From the IMG/VR virus record IMGVR_UViG_3300048582_000168, positions 1,306-65,305 of that record: 64,000 nucleotides of DNA. One strand, 5' to 3'. Position numbers and translations under genes: made by a program. The notes under the pieces are model-generated. The model saw only the letters and a list, made by a program, of their open reading frames with translations. It made no database searches and was not told the origin of the DNA. Positions within the stretch are counted from its first letter, which is position 1. The number at the start of each line of letters is the position of its first letter. Source of the stretch: a virus (lineage: Duplodnaviria; Caudoviricetes). Below, piece by piece: positions 29,033 to 38,234 of the stretch.

Positions 29033-29901
29033 TGACCATCAACCGCGACCTTCTGGTTCCGCTCGACACCATCCAAGCCGAATTCCGGGGCGAACTCGGG
29101 CGGTTTGTCGATGCCTTCAACGCGCTGGTCTCGACCTACGTCGCCCTGCAGTTTGCCACCCTTGCCGAGATCAACGCCGGGACCGAGGCGGGCAAGGCGA
29201 TCAGCCCGGCGGGGCTTGCGCAGCACCTGAACACCCAGAGGTTCACCGCAGGCACAGTCAGCGGCGGCGAGGTGGACGGAACGAAGTCCCCGCGCCTGAC
29301 CGCGACCGGCAGGCTCGACAGCAGCTTCCTCTCGCTGGCGTCGGCACAGGACATGGCCCAAGGGCAGAACGGCACGGTGCTGGTCACCGCCCTCACGTTC
29401 GCGGTCGAGGTGTCGGCCCGGATCACGGCAGCCCTCACCGCGCGGATTTCGGCGGGCCCCACGTCGGCTGGCGCGGCGGATGAGGGCAGGGCGCCGGTCC
29501 TGAACGCGGACGGCAGGCTGGACCCGTCCTACCTGATCCCGGTGGCCTCGCTCTACGTCGGCGCGATGAACGCGACGCAGCCGGGTGGCGGGATCACTCC
29601 CCCGATCATCAACGGGTCGAACCAGCATCAGGTGGGTGCCTACACGATTGTCATGGTCGAGGGGGTCTATGACTTTTCTCGGGGCGAGCCTTCGCCGACA
29701 GGCGTCCCGCTGACGCCTCTGGACTTCATCTATTTCAACGGATCGACGTGGGACGTGATTTCAAACCCGATGGAAGTAGACGACTTCATGCGGCGCGACG
29801 GGTCGACAGCGATGACCGGAGACCTCATGTTCGCGATGGCGGGGCAGTCGGTGCCCCAGCTTCGGATCACCGGGGCGATCATCGACTGCGGCACATTCTG
29901 A
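29032..29901 (+). CDS. Tail fibre-associated protein
   Basis: ATLAEINAG, two GRLD(S/P)S repeats, RRDGSTAMTGDL, IDCGTF. Confidence 0.6.
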   Translation: MTINRDLLVPLDTIQAEFRGELGRFVDAFNALVSTYVALQFATLAEINAGTEAGKAISPAGLAQHLNTQRFTAGTVSGGEVDGTKSPRLTATGRLDSSFLSLASAQDMAQGQNGTVLVTALTFAVEVSARITAALTARISAGPTSAGAADEGRAPVLNADGRLDPSYLIPVASLYVGAMNATQPGGGITPPIINGSNQHQVGAYTIVMVEGVYDFSRGEPSPTGVPLTPLDFIYFNGSTWDVISNPMEVDDFMRRDGSTAMTGDLMFAMAGQSVPQLRITGAIIDCGTF

Positions 29902-29917
29902 CGGGGCAGGGAGCGAG

Positions 29918-31456
29918 ATGAACAACATCGTCCAGACCAAGAGAACCCCGGTCGCAGGCCGCAGGCCGACAGGGCTCATGGCCGGGGAACTCTATTTCAA
30001 CTTCGCGGACCGGACCATCGGCTGCGTCGATGAGAACGGAACCCCCATCGATATCGCGACCGCGATCTCGGTGTCCGCGCTGCCACCCGCAAGCCCGGTC
30101 CCGGGGCTCTTGTGGTATCGCACCGCCGTCCCTGCCGGGCTTTACATCTGGTTCGTCGATGCCGACAGCGCGCAATGGGTGCAGGTAGCGGGCGGTGGGT
30201 CTGGCGGTTCCGGCGGCGGAGGTGGTGGCGGTGGTGGCGACACCAGCGTCCCGGTCGGCCCCAGCCCACCAGCGGACCCGATTGACGGCGACCTGTGGTT
30301 CAGCACGGTCGAGCCCGTGGGGCTGTTTATCTGGGTGACAGACGAAGACGGGGCGGAATGGGTTCCGGTCGGGGGAGCGCCTGCCGAGAACATGCCTATC
30401 GGCGCGGTCTCCTACTTTGCGGGTCCGACCGTGCCGGACGGCTGGCTTCTGTGCGACAATCAAGCCGTCTCATCCCTCTATCCGGATCTGCGCGATTACC
30501 TCATCGCGGCAGGAAGTCCGTTCGGCATGTCTGGCGCTGACCCGCGCGTCCCTGACCTCCGGGGCGAATTCATCCGGGGCTGGGATGACGGACGGGGGGT
30601 GGACGCAGCACGCGTCTTCGGGTCGGCGCAGCTTGACCAGTTGCAGCGGCTGGTCGGGCAACTTTCATCGGTGCAGACAGTCGGCACGGGCCTGATCACG
30701 TCCGGCATTCTGCGCCAGTTGGCGTCGACCGCCTCGGCAATCTGGCAGGGCGCGACGTCGGTCAACCGCAACACGACCATGCAGCTTGACACCCTGTTCG
30801 ACCCGACGGTTCGGTCGGGCGATGAGACCCGGCCCCGGAACGTCGCCCTCCTGCCCTGCATCAAGGCGTTCGACGCGGTCTCTATCACCGGCATGGCAGA
30901 CCTTGCCGAACTGCTGACCGCCATCGCGACCGAGGCAGAGGCCCGGGCGGGGATCAGCAACGAAAAGCTGATGACCCCGGCGATGGTTCAGGCACGCAGC
31001 GGGGCGCAATTCTTGGCACTGACGGGGCAGACGTCGGCGACCTTCGATCAGGTGCCGAACGAGGCGAACGAAATCGACCTCATCATCAATGGCCTGAACT
31101 ACCCGGCGAACGCTGCCGTTCGGCTGGACTGGTCGGGAGCCGCTGCAGCGCGGGCATGGTCGACCCGCATCCGTCACGACGCCGGGGCATACATCCCGCC
31201 GGGTGGGGATGACAACAACACGGTTTTCGTCCTTGATACCGCCGCGACCATTCAGGGGCTCTCCGGGCTGGTGAAGATGACCCGGGATCAGCGCGGGGGA
31301 ACTTGGGCTATCGGGGGAAGCCTGCGCCGGTCGACAACGGCGATGCTGGTCTACTCGGGGGTCTTCAACATGCTCGGTGAGCAAACCGCATTCTTGCGCC
31401 TGTCCAGCACCATCGCCATGACGGCGGGCGGGGCTACAGCCCGCTGGAGGATCTGA
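29918..31456 (+). CDS. Tail fibre with phage tail-collar domain
   Basis: PIGAVSYFAG..VPDGWLLCD, PDLRGEFIRGWD.GRGVD, ETRPRNVALLPCIK; tandem PPAxPxxGxLW repeats. Confidence 0.8.
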   Translation: MNNIVQTKRTPVAGRRPTGLMAGELYFNFADRTIGCVDENGTPIDIATAISVSALPPASPVPGLLWYRTAVPAGLYIWFVDADSAQWVQVAGGGSGGSGGGGGGGGGDTSVPVGPSPPADPIDGDLWFSTVEPVGLFIWVTDEDGAEWVPVGGAPAENMPIGAVSYFAGPTVPDGWLLCDNQAVSSLYPDLRDYLIAAGSPFGMSGADPRVPDLRGEFIRGWDDGRGVDAARVFGSAQLDQLQRLVGQLSSVQTVGTGLITSGILRQLASTASAIWQGATSVNRNTTMQLDTLFDPTVRSGDETRPRNVALLPCIKAFDAVSITGMADLAELLTAIATEAEARAGISNEKLMTPAMVQARSGAQFLALTGQTSATFDQVPNEANEIDLIINGLNYPANAAVRLDWSGAAAARAWSTRIRHDAGAYIPPGGDDNNTVFVLDTAATIQGLSGLVKMTRDQRGGTWAIGGSLRRSTTAMLVYSGVFNMLGEQTAFLRLSSTIAMTAGGATARWRI

Positions 31457-31459
31457 CCC

Positions 31460-32038
31460 ATGAACTTTCCGAACAACCCGACGGTCGGCGACATCTTCGA
31501 CTACGCCGGGGTCAGCTTCGTCTGGAACGGGCAGGTCTGGGCTCTGGTCTCGAGCGAGACCGCCGGGGGCGGCGTGCCGCGCGGCGGCATCATCCTGTGG
31601 TCAGGGGCGGCAGACGCCATCCCGACAGGCTGGGCCCTCTGCGACGGGGGAAACGGAACGCCGGACCTGCGCGGGCGGTTTGTCGTGGGCGCGGGCGGGG
31701 TCTACAACCCCGGCGACACGGGCGGGGCTGAGAGCGTCACGCTGGCAGAGAGCCAGATCCCGGCCCACGCCCATGCGGTGAACCTGAACAGCGACGCGAA
31801 GGGCGGTCACACCCATCAATACGCCCAAGCCCTCAGCTACAATTTTGTTCCAGTTTCGGGCTCGGTCACGAAGGGATTTGTGAACGGGGGTGGGTATCCA
31901 AACGAGACGTTCAGGACTACGAATGACCCCGGCAATCACACCCATAACGTCAGCGGCAACACCGGGGCGAAGGGCGGCGGAGCGGCGCACGAGAACCGTC
32001 CGCCATACTTCGCCCTTGCCTACATCATGCGGCTGTGA
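31460..32038 (+). CDS. Short tail fibre/collar-domain protein
   Basis: IPTGWALCDG.NGTPDLRGRFVVG, HENRPPYFALAYIM. Confidence 0.75.
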   Translation: MNFPNNPTVGDIFDYAGVSFVWNGQVWALVSSETAGGGVPRGGIILWSGAADAIPTGWALCDGGNGTPDLRGRFVVGAGGVYNPGDTGGAESVTLAESQIPAHAHAVNLNSDAKGGHTHQYAQALSYNFVPVSGSVTKGFVNGGGYPNETFRTTNDPGNHTHNVSGNTGAKGGGAAHENRPPYFALAYIMRL

Positions 32039-32054
32039 GCGGGGCGGAGACCGG

Positions 32055-32369
32055 ATGCTGGACAAGAAAAACGCGGCATGGTTCCTGATGACCCTGATGT
32101 TGCTCCTGAGCGTCCTGATGATCTTTCACCTTTTGACCCTTTGGGTCGGGGTGGCGGTCTGCCGGGACTACGGGGCAGCCCTCCTGCAGCGCGTCGTCGC
32201 GGACCCGGCCTACCGCATCGCGGCGCCGTCGAACACCTGCGCGACCCTCGAATCGACCCTGAGCGAAGCCGTCGACAAATACCTGTCGGTGATCCTCTCC
32301 CTCATCGGCGGGGCAGCCGTCTCCGGCGGCGTGGCCGCCTCCAACCAGAGAAGGGATGACGAAGAATGA
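32055..32369 (+). CDS. Putative holin
   Basis: Two hydrophobic segments, charged C-terminus, ATGA overlap with the endolysin. Confidence 0.5.
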   Translation: MLDKKNAAWFLMTLMLLLSVLMIFHLLTLWVGVAVCRDYGAALLQRVVADPAYRIAAPSNTCATLESTLSEAVDKYLSVILSLIGGAAVSGGVAASNQRRDDEE

Positions 32370-32851
32370 GCGACCTCCTGAAACAGCTTGCCGCATGGGC
32401 CGAGACCGAAGGGTTCGACCCGGACAAGGACTACACCCTGCCGATCAGCGAAGGCGATGAGCCCGAGGCAGCACCCCTGCCGCCCCCGCCGGTTCTGGCG
32501 CCGGGGCAGTTGTCGAAGAACTTCCATGAACGCGAATTCCGCTGCCGGGGCACCGGCACCCTGCCGCCCGGCGGGATGGACCCGCGCCTGATCGACGTCC
32601 TGCAGCGGATCAGGGATCACTACGGCGCCCCAGTGACCATCAATTCGGGCTTCCGGTCGGCCTCGCACAACGCGGCGGTCGGCGGTGCAAGGAACTCGCA
32701 GCACCTCCTCGGCACGGCGGCGGACTTCACGGTCCGGGGTGTCTCCCCGGCGCAGGTGTTCCGCGACCTTGACCCCCTGTGGCCGGGCGGCCTCGGGCGC
32801 TACAACGGGTTCACCCACATCGACACCCGGGCAGTCCGCACCCGCTGGTGA
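32366..32851 (+). CDS. Endolysin, peptidase M15A (Zn D-Ala-D-Ala type)
   Basis: INSGFRS..HN..VGGA.NSQH..GTAADF and HID. Confidence 0.85.
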   Translation: MSDLLKQLAAWAETEGFDPDKDYTLPISEGDEPEAAPLPPPPVLAPGQLSKNFHEREFRCRGTGTLPPGGMDPRLIDVLQRIRDHYGAPVTINSGFRSASHNAAVGGARNSQHLLGTAADFTVRGVSPAQVFRDLDPLWPGGLGRYNGFTHIDTRAVRTRW

Positions 32852-32859
32852 CCCCATAG

Positions 32860-32891
32860 AAAAGCCCGCCGGTCTTTGCGACCGGCGGGCC
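32860..32891. terminator. Terminator between the convergent arms
   Basis: GCCCGCCGGTC/GACCGGCGGGC stem preceded by AAAA (U-tract on the minus strand). Confidence 0.7.
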
Positions 32892-32941
32892 CTCGCCGTC
32901 CCCCATGAAGTGAATCGATGATAGGCGCCCAGAGCGGGGCG

Positions 32942-33403
32942 TCAACCGGGGTCCGGGGTTTCCCGCGCATCCTCGGGCGGCAGGTGAGCGGAAAGCCCCT
33001 GCAGGAGCCGTTTGATGGCCTCCCGTTCCCGGCGGAACTTGTCCAGCGTGGTGATGACAAAGACCTTCTTGGGGTCGGCGTCCGGGTCAGTATCGAGGAT
33101 CCGGAACAGGGAGCCCGAGAGGATGGTCGCCAGTGTTTCCCGTGAAACAATCGACACATCCGGGGCGGTCCCGGGCATAGCCTCGGCAGCGGTGGCGGTT
33201 TTCTTGGTCAGCACCCGTCCCGCCTGCTGGGGTTCAGGCGCCCGTTCGAACCTGTAGCCCATGGCGGCAAGCAGCTTGCGGACCTCATCGTGCGAGACTT
33301 GGTAGCGGTTCGAAATGGCCTGCAGGGCGGCGAAGGTGATGGCCCCGTCGTGCTTCGCGGCATCGCGGGAAATCAGCTTCCGCTTGGTGGCGGTGATGGT
33401 CAT
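32942..33403 (-). CDS. Hypothetical protein
   Basis: Part of an ATGA-coupled chain of minus-strand ORFs. Confidence 0.55.
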   Translation of the reverse strand: MTITATKRKLISRDAAKHDGAITFAALQAISNRYQVSHDEVRKLLAAMGYRFERAPEPQQAGRVLTKKTATAAEAMPGTAPDVSIVSRETLATILSGSLFRILDTDPDADPKKVFVITTLDKFRREREAIKRLLQGLSAHLPPEDARETPDPG

Positions 33404-33693
33404 GCGGACCCCCCTGCGCGCACGGGCTGGGACAGGGGAAAGCTGCCATGCCTTTTGACGAAGGCCATGCTGCAGCGACGGTCGAAATCCATTCCCGCAG
33501 CGGTCAGCGCATAGACCTCCGCGCCGCCGGGTTCGGTCGTCTTGCGCAGGAGGCCCGCACCGATCAACTCGTCAAGCGCGAGTGCCGCCTCATCGCTTGG
33601 CCGGGCTTCGACCATCTCGAACCGCAGGGTGAACCTGTCGATCATCCAAAGGCCGCCAAGCAGGGCCTTGGCGCGGTCGGAAATCGCACTCAT
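33400..33693 (-). CDS. Hypothetical protein (winged-helix-like)
   Basis: ALDELIGAGLL...YALTAAG. Confidence 0.5.
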   Translation of the reverse strand: MSAISDRAKALLGGLWMIDRFTLRFEMVEARPSDEAALALDELIGAGLLRKTTEPGGAEVYALTAAGMDFDRRCSMAFVKRHGSFPLSQPVRAGGSA

Positions 33694-34061
33694 GCCGTCA
33701 CCTTCCCCGGGGCCCGGCGGAGCGCAGCCAAGACGTCGGTGTCCCGCGCATCGACCAGTTTCTTGATCTCGGTCTGCCGGGTCTGCCAGAGGACGAAGGC
33801 CGCCGTGCAGTAGGCCATCCCCTCCTCTTTCGAGGCGAAGACGTGCAGGATTTCATCGTAGCGCGGGACGAAGAACTTGTCGGCCAGAGTGCCGTCGGGG
33901 TTCATCGGCGACAGCTTGACCTTCAGCCCGAGGCTGATGACCTGACAGGGGCGCGAGTAGGGACAGTTGTCCTTCCAGATGCGGTGGTAGATCGCCACCC
34001 AGTCGCCAACCTGCAGGACAGGCTGGCCGGGGGCGGACGGGGCGATGGGGGATTGGGTCAT
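33690..34061 (-). CDS. Hypothetical protein
   Basis: ATGA-coupled on both sides. Confidence 0.5.
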   Translation of the reverse strand: MTQSPIAPSAPGQPVLQVGDWVAIYHRIWKDNCPYSRPCQVISLGLKVKLSPMNPDGTLADKFFVPRYDEILHVFASKEEGMAYCTAAFVLWQTRQTEIKKLVDARDTDVLAALRRAPGKVTA

Positions 34062-34462
34062 TTGAAGGCTCTCGGGTTCAGGGTGGCGAGGGTTTCGGTG
34101 GCGAGGGTTCGGGGATCGTTGTGACCGGCGGCGATGGCCTGCAAGGCAGCGATCAGGGACGGAGTGGCCTGCGCCCGGGCAAAGCGGATGCGGTCGGGCT
34201 CCCACTTGGCCTCGTAGGCTGCCTGCGAGGCCACACGGCGGGCTTCGACGGCGGCAGGATCATGGATAGCGCAGTAGGCCGCCTCGGGCCCGTGGCCGCG
34301 CGATTTGGCGCACTGGCCGGGGATCATGGCGCGACCGGGCGGATAGACCTCCTCGCAGCACAAAGCCGGGTCAGGAGGGCAGCCGCGCGGGTTCCCAGCC
34401 CAGTCGCCATAGCGCCGCTTGTGGAGCGACGTCAGGGTGGTGAATTTCGGCTTCTTCGCCAT
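34058..34462 (-). CDS. Cys/His-containing hypothetical protein
   Basis: CC...QC...YC..H; CTGAAAGG RBS. Confidence 0.55.
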   Translation of the reverse strand: MAKKPKFTTLTSLHKRRYGDWAGNPRGCPPDPALCCEEVYPPGRAMIPGQCAKSRGHGPEAAYCAIHDPAAVEARRVASQAAYEAKWEPDRIRFARAQATPSLIAALQAIAAGHNDPRTLATETLATLNPRAFK

Positions 34463-34515
34463 CGGCGTTACCTTTCAGGATCGATGCAGCCGAGTTAGAC
34501 CGTCTTGCTTGGAAA

Positions 34516-34533
34516 TGCAAGTCCAGACTTGAC
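34516..34533 (-). promoter_or_regulatory. Operator/promoter palindrome copy
   Basis: TGCAAGTCCAGACTTGAC; minus strand gives TTGCAT-N17-TAACTC. Confidence 0.65.
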
Positions 34534-34536
34534 GAT

Positions 34537-34773
34537 TTAGCCGCCCCGCATGTCCGCCGCCCGTTCGACCTCATCGGCGTGACGGTCGATCATCCGGGCG
34601 ATGTAGCGCAGCCCTTCGACCGGCAGGGCGGCCTCCTTGATCGCGGTGACCAGCGCGGCAGGCGACTGTTCAAGGCCGATGGCGGAGAGGATGCGAGGCA
34701 GGTCCAATTCGAGAGAGGACACGGCCCGCGCCTGCGCGGCGGAGAGGTGGTCGAGGCGGTCTTTGTCGGTCAT
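34537..34773 (-). CDS. Hypothetical protein
   Basis: ATGA-coupled. Confidence 0.45.
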   Translation of the reverse strand: MTDKDRLDHLSAAQARAVSSLELDLPRILSAIGLEQSPAALVTAIKEAALPVEGLRYIARMIDRHADEVERAADMRGG

Positions 34774-35039
34774 GGCAGGGAACTCACAGAATGATTGATG
34801 GAAGGCTCGTGACGGGCAGAGAACCGCCAACTGATGCCCTTGGGGTCGATGATGACGATCAGGAAGGCGCTGTCTTGCGACCTCTCCCAGCCATCCCGGT
34901 CGTCGTAGTCAAGAGCGCAGGCGATTTCGGCGGCATCCTCCGCGTCGAGGATCCGGCGCCCGGTGCGCGACGTCAGCACCCGCGCGTCGTCAGCGCACTC
35001 GCCGTCCTCGGGATAGTAGGCTTTCCAGACGTCGGTCAT
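34770..35039 (-). CDS. Hypothetical protein
   Basis: GGAG RBS, ATGA-coupled. Confidence 0.5.
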   Translation of the reverse strand: MTDVWKAYYPEDGECADDARVLTSRTGRRILDAEDAAEIACALDYDDRDGWERSQDSAFLIVIIDPKGISWRFSARHEPSINHSVSSLP

Positions 35040-35479
35040 TGCATGCTCTCCAAGGTGGGAATGTCGCAACCCGCCCACCGGGCCACGGTTTCATCGAAGG
35101 AATACCAAGCGCCTTCGTCGATGATCGCCTGCAGGGTGTTTCGGAAGCGCAGCTTCACCTCCGCCTCGCAGCGCGCGAAGGCGTAGGGCTGCAGGACCGC
35201 GATCTGGTCCAGCGCCTTGCGGTCGGCCTCATACTCGAGCGACCAGTAGGGCGAGACCGAAAGGACGCGGGTGTGCCCGGCGAGGATATGCACTTCCTCG
35301 TGCAGCAAGACGAACAGCCACATCCGGTGGTGGATTGAGCCGCAGACGGTGATGTGCTTGGCGCCGGTCTTAGGGTCTTCGAAGGCGACCCCGCTGACCG
35401 GGTGCGGCGTCGGTAGGACGAAGACCGTGATCCCGGCGGCCCGGACGCGGTGCAGGTGATGCCGGTAAAGAGCGATCAC
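35036..35479 (-). CDS. ImmA/IrrE-like zinc metallopeptidase
   Basis: FVLLHEEVHIL.GH ... EYEAD; GTGA overlap start. Confidence 0.6.
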   Translation of the reverse strand: MIALYRHHLHRVRAAGITVFVLPTPHPVSGVAFEDPKTGAKHITVCGSIHHRMWLFVLLHEEVHILAGHTRVLSVSPYWSLEYEADRKALDQIAVLQPYAFARCEAEVKLRFRNTLQAIIDEGAWYSFDETVARWAGCDIPTLESMQ

Positions 35480-35691
35480 CGAAGGCCCCCGATGATCATG
35501 CCGATGGTCAGCCCGGATGCGAACAGGACGATGCCGAACAGCGGCCACATCTTGTGCAGCCAAGCCTTTTCGGCCAGACCGAAGGACAGGCCGACCCGGT
35601 GGCCATGCTCGTAAGCGTCGCGGTAGATCGCCCCCAGAGCGAGGACCGCATCTTCGGGCAAGGTGAACTCGGAAATCTTTTCAGGGGTCAT
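35476..35691 (-). CDS. Small membrane protein
   Basis: C-terminal TM segment LFGIVLFASGLTIGMIIGG. Confidence 0.45.
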   Translation of the reverse strand: MTPEKISEFTLPEDAVLALGAIYRDAYEHGHRVGLSFGLAEKAWLHKMWPLFGIVLFASGLTIGMIIGGLR

Positions 35692-36128
35692 CACAGGGTC
35701 CATCCGCAGGCAGAACAAAGGACGCGGGTCTCCGCCGCAACCTCGATTTTCATTGGCGAGCCGCACTCCCGGCAGAAGCCATAGTCGTCAGGGACCGCAT
35801 CTTCAGGCTGACCGAGGTAGGTCAAATCAGGCACCGGGTCGCCCGGGCGCGGCGGGTCGGAGACGAATCGCCGTTCGGGTTCAGCCCGGAGCCCGACACC
35901 ACGCTGGCCAAGGATGGGGCGCTGGTCCAGTCCACCCGCCGAAAGTTGGAGAGGGGCGGCCCGGGGCGACTTGGCGGGGGCAGCGCGGGTGTTCCACACG
36001 TCGACCATAACGGCATGATGGCGGAGCGGGCACTTCCCGTTGTCGCCGATGTGGCGGGCATGGGTGTCCTGATCCCAAAGTTGCATCGCGTCGCCGCAGA
36101 ACGGGCAGGGAATGAGGGTGGGCTTCAT
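35691..36128 (-). CDS. Zn-finger protein (Lar-like N-terminus)
   Basis: LIPCPFCG...WNTRA; C-terminal CRECG...CSACG. Confidence 0.55.
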   Translation of the reverse strand: MKPTLIPCPFCGDAMQLWDQDTHARHIGDNGKCPLRHHAVMVDVWNTRAAPAKSPRAAPLQLSAGGLDQRPILGQRGVGLRAEPERRFVSDPPRPGDPVPDLTYLGQPEDAVPDDYGFCRECGSPMKIEVAAETRVLCSACGWTL

Positions 36129-36520
36129 TGGGCAGCCTTTCTCGAAAGCCATGCGATCTTGCGCCGCGCCGCCCGTTTCGGGCGAGCGATATCCTTCATG
36201 CCGTGCAGCGCGGCCTCGGCGCCGGACGACCAGACAGGCGTCGGGGGATCGTAGTCGAAGGTGGCGGGATCGACGGGGGTGATCCGCAGGGCCAAGAGGT
36301 TGTCAGCCCCGTGGGTCTTCACCCAGCCGCCGCAGAGGCACCCGTCCTTCTGGTGACACATGAAGATGCCGACGGCCCCAGCCATCGCCTGCGCGGCCAT
36401 GTCGCCGTCGTAGTCCGGCAGCTTGGCATACTCGGAGTGGTGCCAGATGCCGGAGGGCACGTCGCGCCGGTAAGGGCAGGTCACGCAAGGCGCGCGGGCG
36501 GGCTTGGGCAGGCCGGTCAC
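36125..36520 (-). CDS. DUF6283-like Cys-rich protein
   Basis: PCVTCPYRRDVPSGIW..SEY.KL..YD, FMCHQ, LCGGW. Confidence 0.65.
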   Translation of the reverse strand: MTGLPKPARAPCVTCPYRRDVPSGIWHHSEYAKLPDYDGDMAAQAMAGAVGIFMCHQKDGCLCGGWVKTHGADNLLALRITPVDPATFDYDPPTPVWSSGAEAALHGMKDIARPKRAARRKIAWLSRKAAQ

Positions 36521-36789
36521 GTCGCATCCTCCTGAAAATCGACCTCGATCACCCGCTCCCAAGCGGACGAATTGTAGCCCGGGGCGTCGAACTGCAGCCC
36601 GGCATTGCCCCACGGGGAGAAGCTGAAACCATACCAGACCTCGGAGAACCGGCCCATATGCCAAGCCCCATAGATCAGCGCCATGTAGTGCCGCCCGGGC
36701 ACGATGTCGGGGTGGGTGTGCTTGTCACCGCGCGACAGGTCGATCTCGCGCAAGACGGGCAGGCGGGGAACAAGGGACAGGGCGGTCAT
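36517..36789 (-). CDS. Hypothetical protein
   Basis: CTGAAAGGA RBS. Confidence 0.5.
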   Translation of the reverse strand: MTALSLVPRLPVLREIDLSRGDKHTHPDIVPGRHYMALIYGAWHMGRFSEVWYGFSFSPWGNAGLQFDAPGYNSSAWERVIEVDFQEDAT

Positions 36790-36844
36790 CGGGATATCCT
36801 TTCAGGGGAGAGCCCCTGCCGCCCGGAGACGGCAGGGGAAGGGG

Positions 36845-37003
36845 TCAGGTCTTGCCCAGCCGCATGCCCAGATAGACGCAGCCGACCAGCGCCACGTCGA
36901 ACAGAACGTCGAGCGTGGTGGGCAGGAGGATCTGGATCACGACCAGCATGACCGCGAAGACCATCAGGTATTCCCGGGCGTGGGCTTTGATGAACTCCGG
37001 CAT
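36845..37003 (-). CDS. Two-TM small membrane protein (52 aa, absent from the ORF track)
   Basis: MPEFIKAHAREYLMVFAVMLVVIQILLPTTLDVLFDVALVGCVYLGMRLGKT; TGATG coupling to the TerB-like gene. Confidence 0.55.
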   Translation of the reverse strand: MPEFIKAHAREYLMVFAVMLVVIQILLPTTLDVLFDVALVGCVYLGMRLGKT

Positions 37004-37437
37004 CAGAGGTAGGAACTCAGGGTGAAGCCAAGGGTCTTGCCGAGCGTCTCCAACTCGACCTTTTCCTTGTCGCCGATATCCCCGTCGGCCATCGCGACGT
37101 CGATGACGATCATGAAGGCCATTTCCAACTCGTCGCTGGACCCCTTCGCCTTCATCTCCTCGACCTCCTTGCGGAGCGCGAGCCGTCCGGCCATCCCACC
37201 CTGAGCGCGGGCGATCTGCTTATTGACGCAGGTCTCGATCTGGCTGCCGGTGAAGGCTGCCGACAGGGCCTCGTGGTTCATGAGAGCGTTCAGGACTGCC
37301 TCGACCTCCGACTCATCGATCTTGCCGTCGACCGAGGCGACGCGGGCAGCCGCAGCCGCGATGCCTTCAAGCAAGTCGGTCTTGCCGGACAGTTTCTTCG
37401 CGCCTCCACCGAGCCGCTCCTTCAGTTTTCCAAACAT
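37003..37437 (-). CDS. terB: TerB-family protein
   Basis: VASVDGKIDESE ... VAMADGDIGDKE duplicated motifs. Confidence 0.8.
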   Translation of the reverse strand: MFGKLKERLGGGAKKLSGKTDLLEGIAAAAARVASVDGKIDESEVEAVLNALMNHEALSAAFTGSQIETCVNKQIARAQGGMAGRLALRKEVEEMKAKGSSDELEMAFMIVIDVAMADGDIGDKEKVELETLGKTLGFTLSSYL

Positions 37438-37473
37438 GGTTCAAGCCTTCCCAGATACGAACGGAACCGCCGT

Positions 37474-37797
37474 TCACGGTTGACGGGGGGAGAGACCCGG
37501 CAAGGCCGGAAGTCGCCCCTCGATGCAATCATCCATTTCGACCAGAGCGGCCTCGCCACCCAGATCCCAGTCCGACATGGCGTCCCTCCACCGAAGGGCC
37601 AGAGCCGCCCCGATTTCGACCGCCACGGCCTCAGCAACGCGCGCCCAAGCCTCCTTCGTCGCCGGACAGGTGTGGGCCCGCATCGCAGCCGGAAGGGCCT
37701 CCGGCGGGCAATTCACCCATGCCGCGATGGCGACCCGGGCGAGATGGTCGCGGGGGTTTTCGGCAGACCACAGGTCGAGGCGTTCGCGTTCGCTCAC
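37474..37797 (-). CDS. Hypothetical protein
   Basis: GTGA overlap with the upstream ORF. Confidence 0.45.
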   Translation of the reverse strand: MSERERLDLWSAENPRDHLARVAIAAWVNCPPEALPAAMRAHTCPATKEAWARVAEAVAVEIGAALALRWRDAMSDWDLGGEAALVEMDDCIEGRLPALPGLSPRQP

Positions 37798-38075
37798 GGC
37801 TTCACCGCCATGCAGAGCCCCATCTCCTTGCAGGCGTTCGGGGTGTCGCAGTCACATTCCGCCATGATCTGCCCCATGTAGCGTTCGCGCTGCAGGTGCG
37901 CGGCGGCGTTCCACAGGATGGCCGGGTCGCAATTCCAGCCGCGCGCCAAGGCATCCCCGCCCCGGATGAGATCACCCCGGAGCATCGGCAGATCGGTGAC
38001 CACATCCCCCACCTCGATGAGACGGTGCGAAGACGGGCAGAGAAGACGGCAGAACCGGAGACGCAGGCGGAGCAT
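37794..38075 (-). CDS. Hypothetical protein
   Basis: CTGAAAGG RBS downstream of an operator copy. Confidence 0.45.
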   Translation of the reverse strand: MLRLRLRFCRLLCPSSHRLIEVGDVVTDLPMLRGDLIRGGDALARGWNCDPAILWNAAAHLQRERYMGQIMAECDCDTPNACKEMGLCMAVKP

Positions 38076-38144
38076 CGTTTACCTTTCAGCGCGGGGAGAG
38101 GGCCCCGGAATCCCTGTCGCCAGTGAATCGGATTTGGCGAGGAA

Positions 38145-38162
38145 GTCAAGTCCAGCCTTCAC
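38145..38162 (-). promoter_or_regulatory. Operator/promoter palindrome copy
   Basis: GTCAAGTCCAGCCTTCAC. Confidence 0.55.
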
Positions 38163-38165
38163 AAT

Positions 38166-38193
38166 AAAAAGCCCCGCCGGGTGAGGGCGGGGC
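38166..38193 (-). terminator. Intrinsic terminator
   Basis: GCCCCGCC/GGCGGGGC stem with a U5 tract on the minus strand. Confidence 0.7.
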
Positions 38194-38234
38194 CAGTCGA
38201 GGATGGAGGGAAGGCGAACTCCCTCCGGGCAGTA

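Noticed and set aside
29918-32038. Diversity-generating retroelement or invertible fibre cassette
   Set aside because: No reverse transcriptase, invertase or template/variable repeat pair was found.
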